DNA of 63,735 nt, filler included, from Platydemus manokwari (taxonomy: Eukaryota): the NCBI GenBank assembly GCA_037951405.1. It is 6 parts of 6 records of this genome, joined end to end, with 100 filler letters (N's around TTAATTAATTAA, not from the genome) between each part and the next. Parts side by side here need not be neighbours in the genome. Positions count along the whole stretch, not along the records: positions 13,387 to 23,557 come from JBBMOY011161658.1; positions 23,658 to 32,603 come from JBBMOY011324539.1; 4 more parts are not named here. One strand, given 5' to 3'. Of this stretch, positions 14,336-27,645 are shown piece after piece (position 1 is the stretch's first letter; every line of letters starts with the position of its first letter). Position numbers and translations under genes: made by a program. The notes below the pieces were generated by a model. The model was given only the letters and a program-made list of their open reading frames with translations. It was not told where the DNA came from and ran no database searches.

Positions 14336-17300
14336 ATCCACATCACTGTTGTAATCATTATAATGAACTGAATGTTTCTCTTTCGGTTTACGTTTTTCAT
14401 TAATTCGAGAAGATTTCTGACCAACAGCATGATCCCAATAATCGAGCATTGAATTGGCTTCCGAATGGTTGGGATAATAAATGTCTTCCAAGATCTCTTT
14501 CACAATTTTTCGACTCAACCCTTCACCTCCGACAGCAATGAATACATCTTCAGCTTTAAATAAATCCTACAAATAAAAATCTATTTTACACCTAATGTCA
14601 GCATCAAATGAAAATTTTCGATTTTATAATTATTAACGATTTTTCATAGTTATGGCTTAAAAGCAATTGAATAATTTAAAAAATTAAATAAAGTTTTCAT
14701 TATAAATGTATTGATAGTAAATTTGATAATAATATTGACGAGAGACATGTTGATAAGAAACCAAAATGCTATAGAAATAGATACTCACGGCCAGGTGGTA
14801 GGTGATAGTTAATGTGAATTAAATGGTTGCAGGTTCGAATACTCAAATAATCGAATTATAAACTGGTCTATTCGAGGTTCGCCCCATTGAAAATTTATGA
14901 GTAAAAAAGACTACAAGATTGATCTATAAAGACTATCTGTTGGAATTGTTAATAGGTGAACATTTATAACCCTTACAAATATTTGAATTTTAACAAGGTA
15001 ATAATAACTACCAGACAATACTATTAAAAAAAGCACACATCGATAACAAACTGAAAAGCCACGACACAAAATTGTATTTTAGCAACAATTATTTAAGAAA
15101 TAAAAATTTAAAAAAGATCTAATTAAAAATCTTTTGAAATTTCAATTCATTCTAAATTCAAACATTCCCTATTTTTAAAATCTTTAATTTTCTCTTTTTT
15201 TAATTCTCTCTCTCTATATATAGAGAGAGAGATAAAATTAAGTATAAAGATCATAAATGAAATATTTGTGGTTATTTGGTAGTGAAATATCTTTCAATTT
15301 CGATTTAAAATATTGTGTTATCTACTTTGCGTAGGTTGCAGTAGAAGTAGAAAAGATCACAAGCCTAGAAAGAACTTCAGATAAGGGTCTTATTGGGAAC
15401 TGAGATTAGAGAATTGTTTTAACACTAAAAAACAACATGGGAGACTTTCAAAACTGTTCGTAATAACATGATAAATAAGAATGTGAAAATGAATGATGTT
15501 TATGTTTTACATATGCATGGATGTAAAACTCTACTTGGTTGAAAAAATATCTTAGACCAGATTCATACTCAGTGCAATAAATGCAAAATATTAACCCTAG
15601 TAATTTAGCACAATGTCTCCTAGACACATAGAGGTCTGATCTTAGATTTTTCTCTCACTTTGGGTTTTGAGATTAAAACTGATTAAAATTGGTGAAAAAT
15701 TTTGTCATGATCGGATCTGTATTTCTTTAGAATAAATATAAAATATTCTAAAATTAAAATCAACCCTGATATCGGTTATTTCTTCTCCAAGTAAATTGAA
15801 TAATTTCTTCACTCGTTCTTTGTACGACGACTGAATTAGACTTTGAGATATCTCATTTAAAACATCAGTCATATTTTTGTGAGTAGCTCGTTTGATGAGA
15901 GCTCTAACGATTGGTCGAGGTTCTGGTCCAGCTCGTACAATTGTAATCATCTAAACAAAATTAATCAATATGCACTATTATCTTATTATTATAATAATAT
16001 TAATATTATTATTAATGAATTTATTGCTAGTAATTATTATTATTAATATTTGCATAATTAATATAGTTTTTATAATTATTAAAATTAATAAGATAATAAT
16101 AGTTATTATAATTATTAAAATTAATAAGATAATAATAGTTATTAATATATTATTAATTAGTATATTATTTTATCATTATTAGTGTTCTCAGAGAAAAATA
16201 TTAATATAATAAATATAATAATAATTATTAGTATAATCATTAAAATTTGAAGCACAATAATATTATTAAAATATTATTCAATAGAGTATTAATTATTTAT
16301 ATATTAATAAAATAAATGAATAAATATTATCGGTACTGGAATTATTAACATTTATAAAATAATTTTTGTTGTTAATATATTAATTTATAATTTTAATACT
16401 ATTATAATTATCATTAACATATTATTCTGGAATGATAATTTATTCACAAATAAAATATTTGATAACCGATTATTTCTTTGTTTAAGACTGAATAACATTT
16501 TTGAAATGAATTTTCAATTTTTTAATAAATCATCCAATGTTATTTTAGAAATATTTTTCTGTGGATATAAAAGATTAAGAAAAGAGACACTAAACCCCAG
16601 GGATACCTTTACTCTTCGTCAAGATGCATTACCAGATGGAAAACAAATGAAGCTGAGGTATTTTTTCATAATAGAACCAAAACGTAGAACTAATGTTAAT
16701 ATAGTGTTAGAAACGATGGCAACATATTTCATAGGAGAATAAATTCAATCACATAATAATGACTCGATTTTCTTCAGGAATAAATCGGAAGACAATGACA
16801 CATATAACAAGCTGTAATTGAAATTGGACTACAATTTCCCTAACAATAGAATGACGGAAGCCCATTGGGAAAAACTGAAGGGAAAAATTGTGAAAATAAT
16901 TTTAATTTATCGTATTTATTAAATGAGTAAAAAAATTAATAATATTTTTTCTAATCACCTAAATCTTTGGAGAATAAAAAACAAGGACTTATTTTCATAT
17001 GAATTTCATCTCCTTGAAATTTCACTAAGAAAAAAATGATCGATAGCAATAACAGCTCAATACGAAATAAAATTTCATGCCATTTTAGACTTAATTTAAT
17101 ATCAGAATATTTCAGTTTAGAAAACCAATTATGAGATTAATAAGAATTATGATTGACGTCGAGGACGGACAGCGATAATTAAATTCATATGTAAGCCATT
17201 CTAGTCATTTAAAGAAGAATCAATCATTCGCCAGTACGATAAAATTTGTCCTCACGAGTCCAGTTTGTCAGTATAGGAAATTGCTTTTTGGATTGTTGAT

Positions 17301-18619
17301 TCAATTCTTGAAAATAATCAGACTGTGATTTTGGCTTTGAGAATTCCAATTATAATACTGATGCCAACAAATAAATGACTCACATTAAGATATCACTTGA
17401 AGGTAATAGATTTGTCAATTTCTGCATAGTATAGAGCCTGTCAGTATTTATAATAATAATTCCTTATTATTAATACCGTAATTAAAATTATCAATATAAC
17501 AGATCACAATACAGAATATTAAAATAAGTAAAAATAACAATGATAATATATAAATATGGTTCTATTCTAATTGCTGTTTTTCTTCTAAGGAGTTCTCAGC
17601 ATGTTCACCTACCATATTCATTGTAATTTTAAATTTGAATCTATGTTCCCAAAAAAGATATCATAAAGAATGGGTGATTGTGTAGAGAAAAATATTTGTT
17701 TCTCATTTAGATATTCTATTAACTTCTGATAATTAAAAGCTTTTAAAAATTTGTTGTCAGTTCAATATGCGATTGAGATTAAAGGTTTGATATAAAAAGT
17801 TTCTATATCCACTCAAAATATACGAAATGAAAATGGGTTCGAGGTGATATTATAGTGTTGGATTGGAAGTTCAATCTGAAACTGACGAATAGGTAGGACA
17901 GCACAAGTACAACAGTGCAACTATGCATATCATTGGTTACAATTTTCAGATCTTATTCTTCTCCATAATGGCCATATTAAGTTTAAATGATTAAAGTCAA
18001 TCTTTTGGTTATGTTTATTAAATGCGGAAGCCCTTATTCATATTTTTTATCAAAATAAGAGATTAAGCAAAACAATGAAGAATGCAAACATGCACTCTGC
18101 ATTTCCCACAAAACAGCACTTTCCAAATTTAATCTAATTTTGTTACCAAACTGCCTTTACAATTTGAACTCTCGAAATTTGTCTTTTATTGAGTTCAATG
18201 ATTATTACAAATTCTTATTTCAAAATATATAATCTAAATATATTGAAAACAAAATAAAAATATAACAAAACAAAAATAAAAAATGTCAAATATCAAATAA
18301 ATATTTCACATAATATGATTTTGCTTTATATAGATCAAGATATCATTGACATTATTGACTTGAATAAGACGCCAAAATTATTACCAAGTATAAGGGAATA
18401 TTTCAATTATAATGGAAATTAAAACCTTGGAACCTCTGATGTTATCGTGAGACTCATTATCAAACGGTTTGGCAGCTATAATTTTTGCGATTTTCTGATT
18501 ATTTTTCTTAGCTCTGGGGGATTTTTGATTATCAGAAAAGCTTGACTGTGGAGTGTAATAGCCAGAACCATATTGATTGCTTATTGGAGGCAGAGCATCG
18601 ACATTAAATTTACCCCGAT
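14336..18619 (-). CDS. Doublecortin (DCX) domain protein, partial (DCLK/DCDC-like); three internal exons
   Basis: Minus-strand exons 18619-18426, 15950-15765 and 14566 to ~14336 splice in frame via GT-AG. They give ...DNIRGSK|MITIVRAGPEPRPIVRALIKRATHKNMTDVLNEISQSL...RVKKLFNLLGEEITDIR|DLFKAEDVFIAVGGEGL, matching the DCX pattern (KLVTIIR..G / VKKLY.L.G..V...DFF..DDVFIA.G.E). The end of the last exon is uncertain (donor at 14335, or stop at 14306). The start exon and any kinase exons were not found. Confidence 0.8.
14785..14890 (+). mobile_element. Possible tRNA-derived SINE head with degenerate Pol III A/B boxes, in a DCX-gene intron
   Basis: GGCCAGGTGGTAG (A-box-like, 14789-14801) and GGTTCGAATAC (B-box-like, 14832-14842) lie at tRNA-like spacing; no cloverleaf could be folded. 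Confidence 0.3.
15015..15150. repeat. MITE family B, partial copy
   Basis: ATACTATTAAAAAAAGCACACATCGATAACAAACTGAAAAGCCACGACACAAAATT matches the terminal repeat of the element at 22051-22345. Confidence 0.6.
15970..16450. repeat. AT-rich low-complexity tract (degenerate ATT/AAT) with a short tandem duplication
   Basis: Almost all A/T; TTATAATTATTAAAATTAATAAGATAATAATAGTTA occurs twice in tandem (about 16070-16141). Confidence 0.75.
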
Positions 18620-21600
18620 CTACAATTGGAATAAAACTTAATCAACAATTCACATATAACTATTTCAAATTTGATAGAAATTACTAATTATTGATTCATT
18701 AAAACACATCCAATGCAATAATTAATTCGACCAAAAAACACTGAGTATGTGTGTGATTAATTGTCTATGACGAGCAATACAATATCGTGAGACAATATGA
18801 ATTTAAAACAACCACATGTTAATAATGAGAAATTCTATGTCTAAATTCAATTAAGAATCATTTAGAAAGTTAATTAATTCATTTTTCTTTTGATTTATGA
18901 AGAAATATCTATATTTGGGAAATCACACAAAGAAAGAAGTTATTAACTAATAGAAAGAAATTCAAATTTATATCATTTAATAACAACAGACACATTTCTC
19001 TACTAGAAACAGTTTTCTTGTAGTCAAACAATGAAATTGAAAATAAAATTGTCTAATTAAGCTTATTATTGCGATAAAATTCATTAAGTAATTTTACTAA
19101 TTTATTCTCTAATCCTTAATGTGAAATAATAAGCTTTTGTAAGTATTATAAAATAGTTTTATGGAAGCTTTAACAGTTATATTATCAATAAGTTTCGATA
19201 AAAGTTTATTTGAATAAAAAACAGTTTGGTAAAATGTTTATTTTTTACATTTTAAATGTTAATGGGAGTATTTTTCACAAGCGCGTATTTTCATTTAAAA
19301 ATCTAATATGACTGTGATGGAATTTATTTATTCAATGACGGAATAAACGATATTTTATATGATATCAAAAGTTAATTTTACAAATGTTTAGCAAGATAAT
19401 ACCTTTTATTTATAAACAAGTCGTAATACGTATTTGATTCAGAAGTTCTCAACCTTTAGATACGCTGAGAGGGGACACCTGGTACTGATTTAGAACACAC
19501 GATTTAAGTAATTAAAGATAATTGTATGAATTAATTGGATCCTCCAATCTAATTGGCTACATCATATCGTGCAATCTTAATAATTTCAATAAGTTTCAAG
19601 TCTATCAAAATGCTTTCACTGTAGTTTGGTATAAAGGGAATAAATTGTTTTCACAGGTTTCTACTATGATCTTGAAATGAAAACATTTGAAGTCAAACAT
19701 TATCTGTGCTAAAATATCTTGTTTAAAATGTGTCTTTCAGAGTTTATAAGTCATTGTGAGATATGATTAACGTTCAGCATACAAAACTAGATTTTTATTC
19801 TAAGACAAATACTTTTGCATTAGTATCAAATTCGTAAGAAGTTAATTTCATGAATATTTATTAATACATAATTTAGTTTTTAATCACTTTATTTTACAAC
19901 TATATCATTCATACAGATGTTCTCACTATAGCAATAAGTTGGTCGAAAATTAAGCACATATGAAATGGTAAATATCGATTAAATGGGAAGAGTTCGGGAT
20001 GGTCAGTGTTTCAATCAGAAAATATCTCACATTATTCTTACAATTAGTAAGTAGAGTCATTCAGAGTATGTCTCAGGTTTCAGAAAACTACTTTCATAAT
20101 AAGAAATTTCTGAAAAGAAATAAATATCTATAATTTCGTGGATGATTAATTGTTATTCGACTTAACGTTAAGAATGAAACCAACCATATATGTCAACAAA
20201 ATATTTGTTTAGATTTAAAAATCAATTTTTAAACTAAAAAATAAATTTTTAAATTTAACTTGAGATAATCAATATTTTTGCTTTATATCTTCTATAAAGG
20301 ATAATATAAGCTGACTTGATATTCTGAAATCAATCATGAAGTTCAATTGATTTTCTGTCATTCATCTTGTAGTTTAATAGAAATCTTAAATTATAGTAAT
20401 CTTTCAAATTATTACTTTCAATAATTTTCTAAAAAATAAAAACAATGATATTTATCTAATAAATTTTATTAAAAATTTAAAAATAAAATGATGAATAAGA
20501 TAGGTTTTTTTAAAATTTATTAATCAACTATTTTATCCAGTAAATTATATATTTCTTTACATTCGCTCATATATCACAAGTGCTTTCTACATAGGGCTAA
20601 ATTTCTAACCGTTTAAAATTATTATTAATCAATTTAGCTAACTGTCATATGAAGAAACAAGAAACTTGGAAAATATGCTTAGGCCAAGAAGTCAAGCATA
20701 AATTTGAAATTGGAATATCAAACTGATCATATAATTGTAGAAGTACTTGGCACATGAACACATGAACAAACGATCGAGTACTGAAGAAGCCAAGTGTATC
20801 TCGTCGATTATCAAAGCAAATTTATTGCAGTGGGTGTTCCACATTAGGGAAAATGAATTAATATGAATAGGAATACCGAAAGTTGAAGTTGACAATGTTA
20901 ATGGCGATGAGCCCAAGGTCAAACTTATAAACACCAACAATTGAATATGGTGAAAATGACCCAGTTAAACCGATAATTCATCAATTATTTTCTAACGGAA
21001 TCTAACAGTCTATTACAGAGGACTTCTCTCTTAGTAAATACATAGAAAGTAGAACATTTTGAAGAAAGAAACGAGTAACCATTAATTAAGAAGTTATGTT
21101 ATATGAGCCAATCTTCAGAAGAGACTCAGTAATAATTCTGACGTGTTAATTTTTGGAATATTATCTTGTCAAATCTATCATAAAATTCAATATTTAATAA
21201 AAAAAATAATATTTTGATCAAAATTATAAACGTTAATGAAAGATTTATGAATCTTCAAAAATTTACTAACAATTATAGAATAATTAAAAATATTGTTTCT
21301 TGATTAAAATATCTGTTATTCCAATTTTAATAAGAAATCATTTCAAACCAAGTAATAATTTTAAAATCTTAGAAAAAAAAACCATATCCTTTTTATACTC
21401 AGACAAATATCGATTATTTAAACCAATAATTTCCCTAAAGTCATGCAAAACCACCTCATTCTAATTAGTTTATTATTTTCAACATAGATAACTGAATAAT
21501 TTCTTGTATATTTTGGAAGCCAAATCTATTGAAACGAATATTAATTGTTTTATAATTCCTGGATAATTTTTTGTTGGAATTGTCAATTCAATTGACTCAT

Positions 21601-22050
21601 TAATAACTCTTGAAATTCTACAATTATCACAATGCTCCTGCTCTTCAGAAAAAGGGAAACGAAAGAAAAACGATATTTTTTATAAATAATAAGGGGAATT
21701 TTTATCCGGTAATAGCCAGTGTGGTCTAATCTGATCATTATTGGTGTTTTCATCTTTATAATTGTTTTTTTTCGATAAATATATATTTGCTTTCAAATCT
21801 CTTCTCATTATCACATTGACCACAGACGTATTTGAATGAATAATGGACTTGGAATAATTAAAAATGAAGATTAAGTTAATTATCGATTTCAATAATGAAT
21901 TAATTTCGAGATTTAATTGGCGAAAATTGCAATTAAATTTATCTTCGAATTGTTAGCACGTCAAGATGTATTGATCCAATTATGTGTCGACTTATCGATA
22001 TGGAGCGCATATTTTAAATGAATAATATTTTTTATTATAAGCATTGTCAA

Positions 22051-22345
22051 TGTAAGACGATACTATTAAAAAAAACACATATTGAAAGCTACTGAGAGAA
22101 GTCACGACACCAAATTATCGATTTGAAAACAAGAAATTAATATCATTGTGTGCATTTTAAATTGAATTAAAATCTATAGATTTAATTTAAAGATTTTATT
22201 TTGTATAAAATTTAATTCTGTATAAGATTTTTTTTGGCATAAAACCAAATTAATTTGTTTTAATAACTGTATCTAAATATAATTTGGGGTAGTGATTTTT
22301 CAGTTATTTTTCGATGTGTCTTTTATAAAACAGTAGCGGCTTACA
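22051..22345. mobile_element. MITE family B, most complete copy
   Basis: ~65-nt degenerate terminal inverted repeats: TGTAAGACGATACTATT...AAGTCACGACACCAAATTAT and ATAATTTGGGGTAGTGATTTTTCAG...CAGTAGCGGCTTACA. Related partial copies occur at 15015, 22558 and 61361. Confidence 0.65.
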
Positions 22346-22557
22346 CGGCAACCACACACCAGGAATCGATTCTGAAAAGATCAATGACTGAAAATTAAAG
22401 AAAAAAAGGAGAAAGATGTTGGGACTATATAGAAAATATGTAAAGAAGATATAAAACAGATAGAAGAATTAGAATTTTTTATGTAGATAAATATGAGTAT
22501 TCGATACAATGTCAATTAATAATAAAAGGAAAATAAAAGATTTTTAAAGAAAAGGGG

Positions 22558-22720
22558 TTGTGGCATTTTAAATTGAATTAAAATTATTTTAAGATTTAAT
22601 TTTGTATAAATTTGTTTTGTATAAAATCAAATTTATTTGTGTGTAAATATAATTCGATGTAGTGACTTTTCAGTTCTTTTTCGATTCATCTTTTATAAAA
22701 TAGTAGCTGCTCACACACAT
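22558..22720. repeat. MITE family B, partial copy (direct repeat of ~22146-22345)
   Basis: GCATTTTAAATTGAATTAAAAT...TAAATATAATTCGATGTAGTGACTTTTCAGTTCTTTTTCGAT...CTTTTATAAAATAGTAGC is collinear with the right part of the 22051-22345 element. Confidence 0.7.
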
Positions 22721-23452
22721 AATGTTCATTTATCCGAGTTTAACGAACTAAAACCGATGGAAAAATTATCAAAATTCATGATTATCAACATAAGTAGCTT
22801 TTATGTCCTAATTAATTATTCAAAAAAATTAATCGTCACTTAAAAGCAAAATGCTATCAAGAATAAGCTAGAAAAATGAAAATGGTATCTGCCATTTTAT
22901 TTATGCCATTAGATCATGTACAACAGATCATGGTTTGCAATATTGTTATGTAATTATCACCTAAATTCCAGAGTCGGCAAGATATTGATTCTATCTCCGA
23001 CTCAACAACCGTGACTATAAAGAGAAAATATGATTTGACACTTATTGAGACTTTGGCTAATTTTAAATTATTCGTTTTTGATTGGCTCTGGTTTCAACAT
23101 CGTTGCCTTGGATACCAGTTGTTAACGTAAACATTGTAATACTTTTCAAATTGAGTTCTCCATGATATAATTTCTACTGCCTATATTTAAACGTTAGTAA
23201 AATTAAAATGTCCAAAAATTTATGTCAATCTATGCTTGTCATAAAGTATTTGTTGGAATTAAACAAGTCAATAATGCGAAATTAAAACAAAAAACAAATA
23301 TTCTAAATCCTTTAAGATATTTTAATAGAAAATGTTCAAGTACTATGCTCAGATACAAAATCGAAAAATAAAATGATTTGACCGTTTGATTTTGGAAAAT
23401 ATAGTTATTATTATCAATAGATTTTAGGATTTAAAATTTAATTTTTTAAAGT

Positions 23453-23468
23453 TATTATTATTGTTACT

Positions 23469-23519
<51 letters not shown>

Positions 23520-23657
23520 GGGTGTATAACCTTAAAATTTCGATTTGATAAAAGATGNNNNNNNNNNNNNNNNNNNNNNNNNNNNNNNNNNNNNNNNNNN
23601 NTTAATTAATTAANNNNNNNNNNNNNNNNNNNNNNNNNNNNNNNNNNNNNNNNNNNN

Positions 23658-23712
<55 letters not shown>

Positions 23713-23733
23713 GTTATTATTATTATTATTATT
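23453..23733. repeat. (ATT)n microsatellite tracts on both sides of a spacer
   Basis: Imperfect (ATT)n at ~23453-23519 and near-perfect (ATT)n at 23658-23733. Confidence 0.9.
23558..23657. other. Artificial contig spacer
   Basis: N44-TTAATTAATTAA-N44. Confidence 0.98.
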
Positions 23734-26700
23734 AAAATCTTTTTACATAACCATGTATTCACTTGTGAACCTCAGGTCACATGTTAATAATAACATCAAC
23801 ATCTAAAAGATCTGAAGCATCCAATGCAAACTGATTCAAAAATCTAAAAACAATCAAAAACCATTGAGTCTGATTATTATAATAACAAAACATTTGTATC
23901 AAAACATTTGATTGTTTTGCATTACTATTTTTAGCATAAATTACGATTCAATGGTTTAATGTTACAAACGTTTTGAATAGTTTACCAATCAATGGTGTGC
24001 TATCTCAATATTACCGTTGCGAAATCAAATTGACGATAAATCATCTTGGTTGATACCAAAAATTGATAGCCGATTAGTTGAAATTCATAATCTGTTCGAC
24101 CGGTCGGCAACATCAGCACCATACATTGTTCTTGGAATTATTTTATGAAAACCAAATCAATGGAAAGAAAATAATTACAGAAAATAGGCTATTATTTTTA
24201 CGACTCATATTCTATTTTCAATCTCAGACAGTGGGTTTCAGATTTTAATGGAATATCACGAATTCACATAATTGCAATCCTTTAAATACAGACTGTTTAC
24301 AATCGTGATATTTGATAGAGAATCAGTCTTATTAGCTAAATTTATTTATAATCTATTCAGTAAATTAATTTTTAAGATATTAATTCTATTTAGTCAGTGT
24401 GTATTTTTGCGTTTAAAGATAATATATTATCGCGCAATAACATTGAAAAATAAATTTCCACCTAACATCGCGCCCATTAAATACAGTCACTTAATAAAAT
24501 ATGTAGTAGATTACATTTCATCAATGAGAATTTTTCTCCGTATAATATATTTAATCTTAGAGAATTTCTCTTTCCGATTAAATCTCAGTGAGAAAATAAC
24601 AAATACACTGGCATTAAATTTAATCGCAGAGAATATCTGTGAGTGAATTCTCAGTACCTATATAAGACAGTGGTCATAATTAACACTGCCACAATAACAC
24701 ATCGCCGAAGACGTAGTTACACGTTACATCGTTTGTCATGTACGAGGATAGGAGACATTATTCTGTATTCAAGAACCGCCCTATACAAGACCATCTAATG
24801 TCAAAGATCAGGATTCCCTTTTGTGCCCAGTATTTTATTGGAAGACCCTACAGTAAGATAAATTTATATAAATTACTGATCAATATATGTTTTCTGTAAA
24901 CTCATATTATCGATCCGTGTCTCAAATATCTTTCGGTGAATGGTTTTACCCCACGAGTGTGGTTTATCAACCTTTGCTTCAGTCTGAAAAGTTGTTGAGG
25001 TCCGTCACCAGTTAGTGTATAAGGTAGCATTTGTAATTTTAATTTTTCCATTCCTAATCGATTTGTATCTGTATCAATTATCAATAAACATTTGTAGTAG
25101 TAAGCCTTAGTTATTTATTAAATATTGATCTCAAATCATTGCTCATTGTCATTGGTATCATATTTATTAATTTCAATAGGTTACATTAATTGAGACTGAT
25201 AGTTAAAATATATCATTATCGCCAAACCTATTGTCTTCACACAATAAGGTTATACGAGATGATGATTCAACAAAGTAAGATAGATTACACCTGCGGCCTT
25301 AAACAAGAGCTCATAGAGACTGATTAAGACAATAGTGATATCAAATAGAATGAAGCTCAATAAAATCAATATGGCTCGATTCCAAAACTTAAAATGATAA
25401 GATTAAGAAAAAATTCAATGGAACGGAGATCGCTTGCAGGATACCGAAAATGGGCATTTACGGCCTATACAAACATAATAAAATAATAATTTTTAAAATA
25501 ATCTTGCCATTCATCATTCTGGGTACATTGGTTTGATAAACATAAACAACATATGAATGGTTTTAAAAATAAATAATCGAAAATATAAATAAATACATAA
25601 TAATAATCTATTATGCAGAATGAAGGAACAGTTTAGGGTAACCAGGGATTGGTTGCCAAGTTAAGACCATGTCGAAATTTGATATATAAAGAATGAAATA
25701 ATTTTAGAATTTAGCTTTTCACAAGACTATAAACCGAAGTAAAGCATATCTTTTATATTGTGGCATTTGCCGAGTGTAGTTGTAATGATTTAACGTAAAA
25801 TATTGTACAGTTGTGACTGTGTCTGTTTACAGAGAGCTGAGGAAGTACTAGGACAAAGTTATTAACAACCACTGATTGTTGGGATCTGACCCTATCACTG
25901 TCTTCCCAATGTGGCGCTGAATTTAATATAGTAAATAGAAGAAATTGTTCGTTGCTAGATTTCATTATTATTATTATTATTTTTATGGTGTTCTGTTTAT
26001 GAATTATGAGTATATATTGATTATACTTTTGTCTTTAAATCGCTAATAATATTATGATTTAAAAATCACAGTCATGAATTATAAATCTCTAAATCTTTCA
26101 ATTGATTTTTGATACTTATCTATTTTGCACCTTAATTCCAAATTCAAAACACTGTTGGTCAGGATAAACATTGAAAATAAACCGCTCTCAGTCAAAATGA
26201 ATTTTTCCATAATTTTTAAAAAATAATTTAGATCGGCCGATAATTTTATAATTTTCAAAATATTAGAATTCCACAGCGAAAAACGTGCAAATAAAGTCGA
26301 GATGAAAATATCGAAATGAAATTATTGAATGAGAAAATAAATTTTTATAAGATGAAAAGGAATGTTTTATAGAAATGTACTTTTACAAACAATGGCAATC
26401 AATGAGAACTAATTTAGAGGGAGATATTTTGTGAGTTTATTTGATGGTTTAATTTTCCTATTGTCGACGATATCGATTTATCCGTATTAATGACGATTAA
26501 TATCGATTCCTGCAGACAGAATATGCCATTTCTCTGGAAAGAAAATCTGCTAACTTTGTTTCAGTGAAATTGATATTGATCTTTCGAAAATAATTTAATA
26601 ATTTTCAATTCTTATGATGTATCTTGAGAAATTATTTCATGATCTCGGATGAAATCAGGATATACATAGTAAATATAATATCATAAATGTGTTCCTTGCC

Positions 26701-27051
26701 TCACGGAAACAGGTCACATGACTAATTTTGGAAGTTATCTAATATTAATGGCATCAAATATCTTCCATCATTATTTTATTCTTTTTGCTAGATTATTGTA
26801 AGAAAAAAATAACAAAAAATAAGTTTAATATTCTCATTCTAAAGTCTCTATCAACCATAATTCATAATCTGAGTTTCCAAAAAGTAGGAATGATGGGATA
26901 AACCATCTAAAAATCATAACAATATCAACAGTAGATGCAATTATATATGTATAGGTACTGGCAAAATAGGAAGGTTTTGTCATTAGCTGTCACTAAAATA
27001 CTTTCTACATGATTGTTGGAAAAATCTTTTCGTTAATATGTTTTGAATCGA

Positions 27052-27645
27052 TTATTTACACTTTTTCAACTTCCTCGTAATTGTTGTTTCAATCAAATAT
27101 TCGAAAGACTCTTGGATGTTAGTTTTGGATTTGGAAGACGTTTCAAAATGAACCCCATTCAACAATTGAGCGATTTTCTTGCCAGCGTCTGTATCGATCA
27201 TTCTCTGTGTATTCAAATCGGTTTTATTGGCAAATATTCCAATGACGATATCATCCAGTTTTCGATTACTGTACATCTGAAATTCCTTGACCCATTTCTC
27301 AACGTTTTCCAACGTTATCGGTCTCGATATATCGTAAACAATTATCACAATGTCAGTATTGATATAAAGTTCTTTACGAGTTTCCAGAAAATCCGGATCA
27401 CCAGAAAAATCCCAAATATTCACTCGTATTTCATCGGTGATGTCAGATTTTGTCGATCGATATAATTTAAATCCATAATCAATACCAATAGTTGGATTGT
27501 ATTCGTTATTGATTGTGACATCATAGTAACTCTTGATAATTGATGTTTTGCCGCATTTGGCGTCTCCAATCAAAATCACTTTGAGCCAAGTATAACTGTC
27601 GACGATTTGCTTGGCTTTCTCATAAAACTCGTCCACTTTACTCAT
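27052..27645 (-). CDS. RJL-family (DNAJC27/Rbj-related) small GTPase, single exon, 197 aa, no J domain
   Basis: G1 GDAKCGKTS; switch I PTIGIDYG; G3 VNIWDFSGDP, lacking the catalytic Gln; FLETRKELY; G4 NKTD; G5 FETSSK. TIGIDYG, a Gln-less G3 and F.E.R.E.Y are characteristic of RJL/DNAJC27 rather than true Rabs. Confidence 0.85.
   Translation of the reverse strand: MSKVDEFYEKAKQIVDSYTWLKVILIGDAKCGKTSIIKSYYDVTINNEYNPTIGIDYGFKLYRSTKSDITDEIRVNIWDFSGDPDFLETRKELYINTDIVIIVYDISRPITLENVEKWVKEFQMYSNRKLDDIVIGIFANKTDLNTQRMIDTDAGKKIAQLLNGVHFETSSKSKTNIQESFEYLIETTITRKLKKCK

Noticed and set aside
15970-16182. Ile/Leu-rich ORF as a membrane protein
   Set aside because: Translation of ATT/AAT low-complexity DNA inside an intron.
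27043-27465. 140-aa plus-strand ORF
   Set aside because: Antisense shadow of the RJL GTPase with no recognisable motifs.
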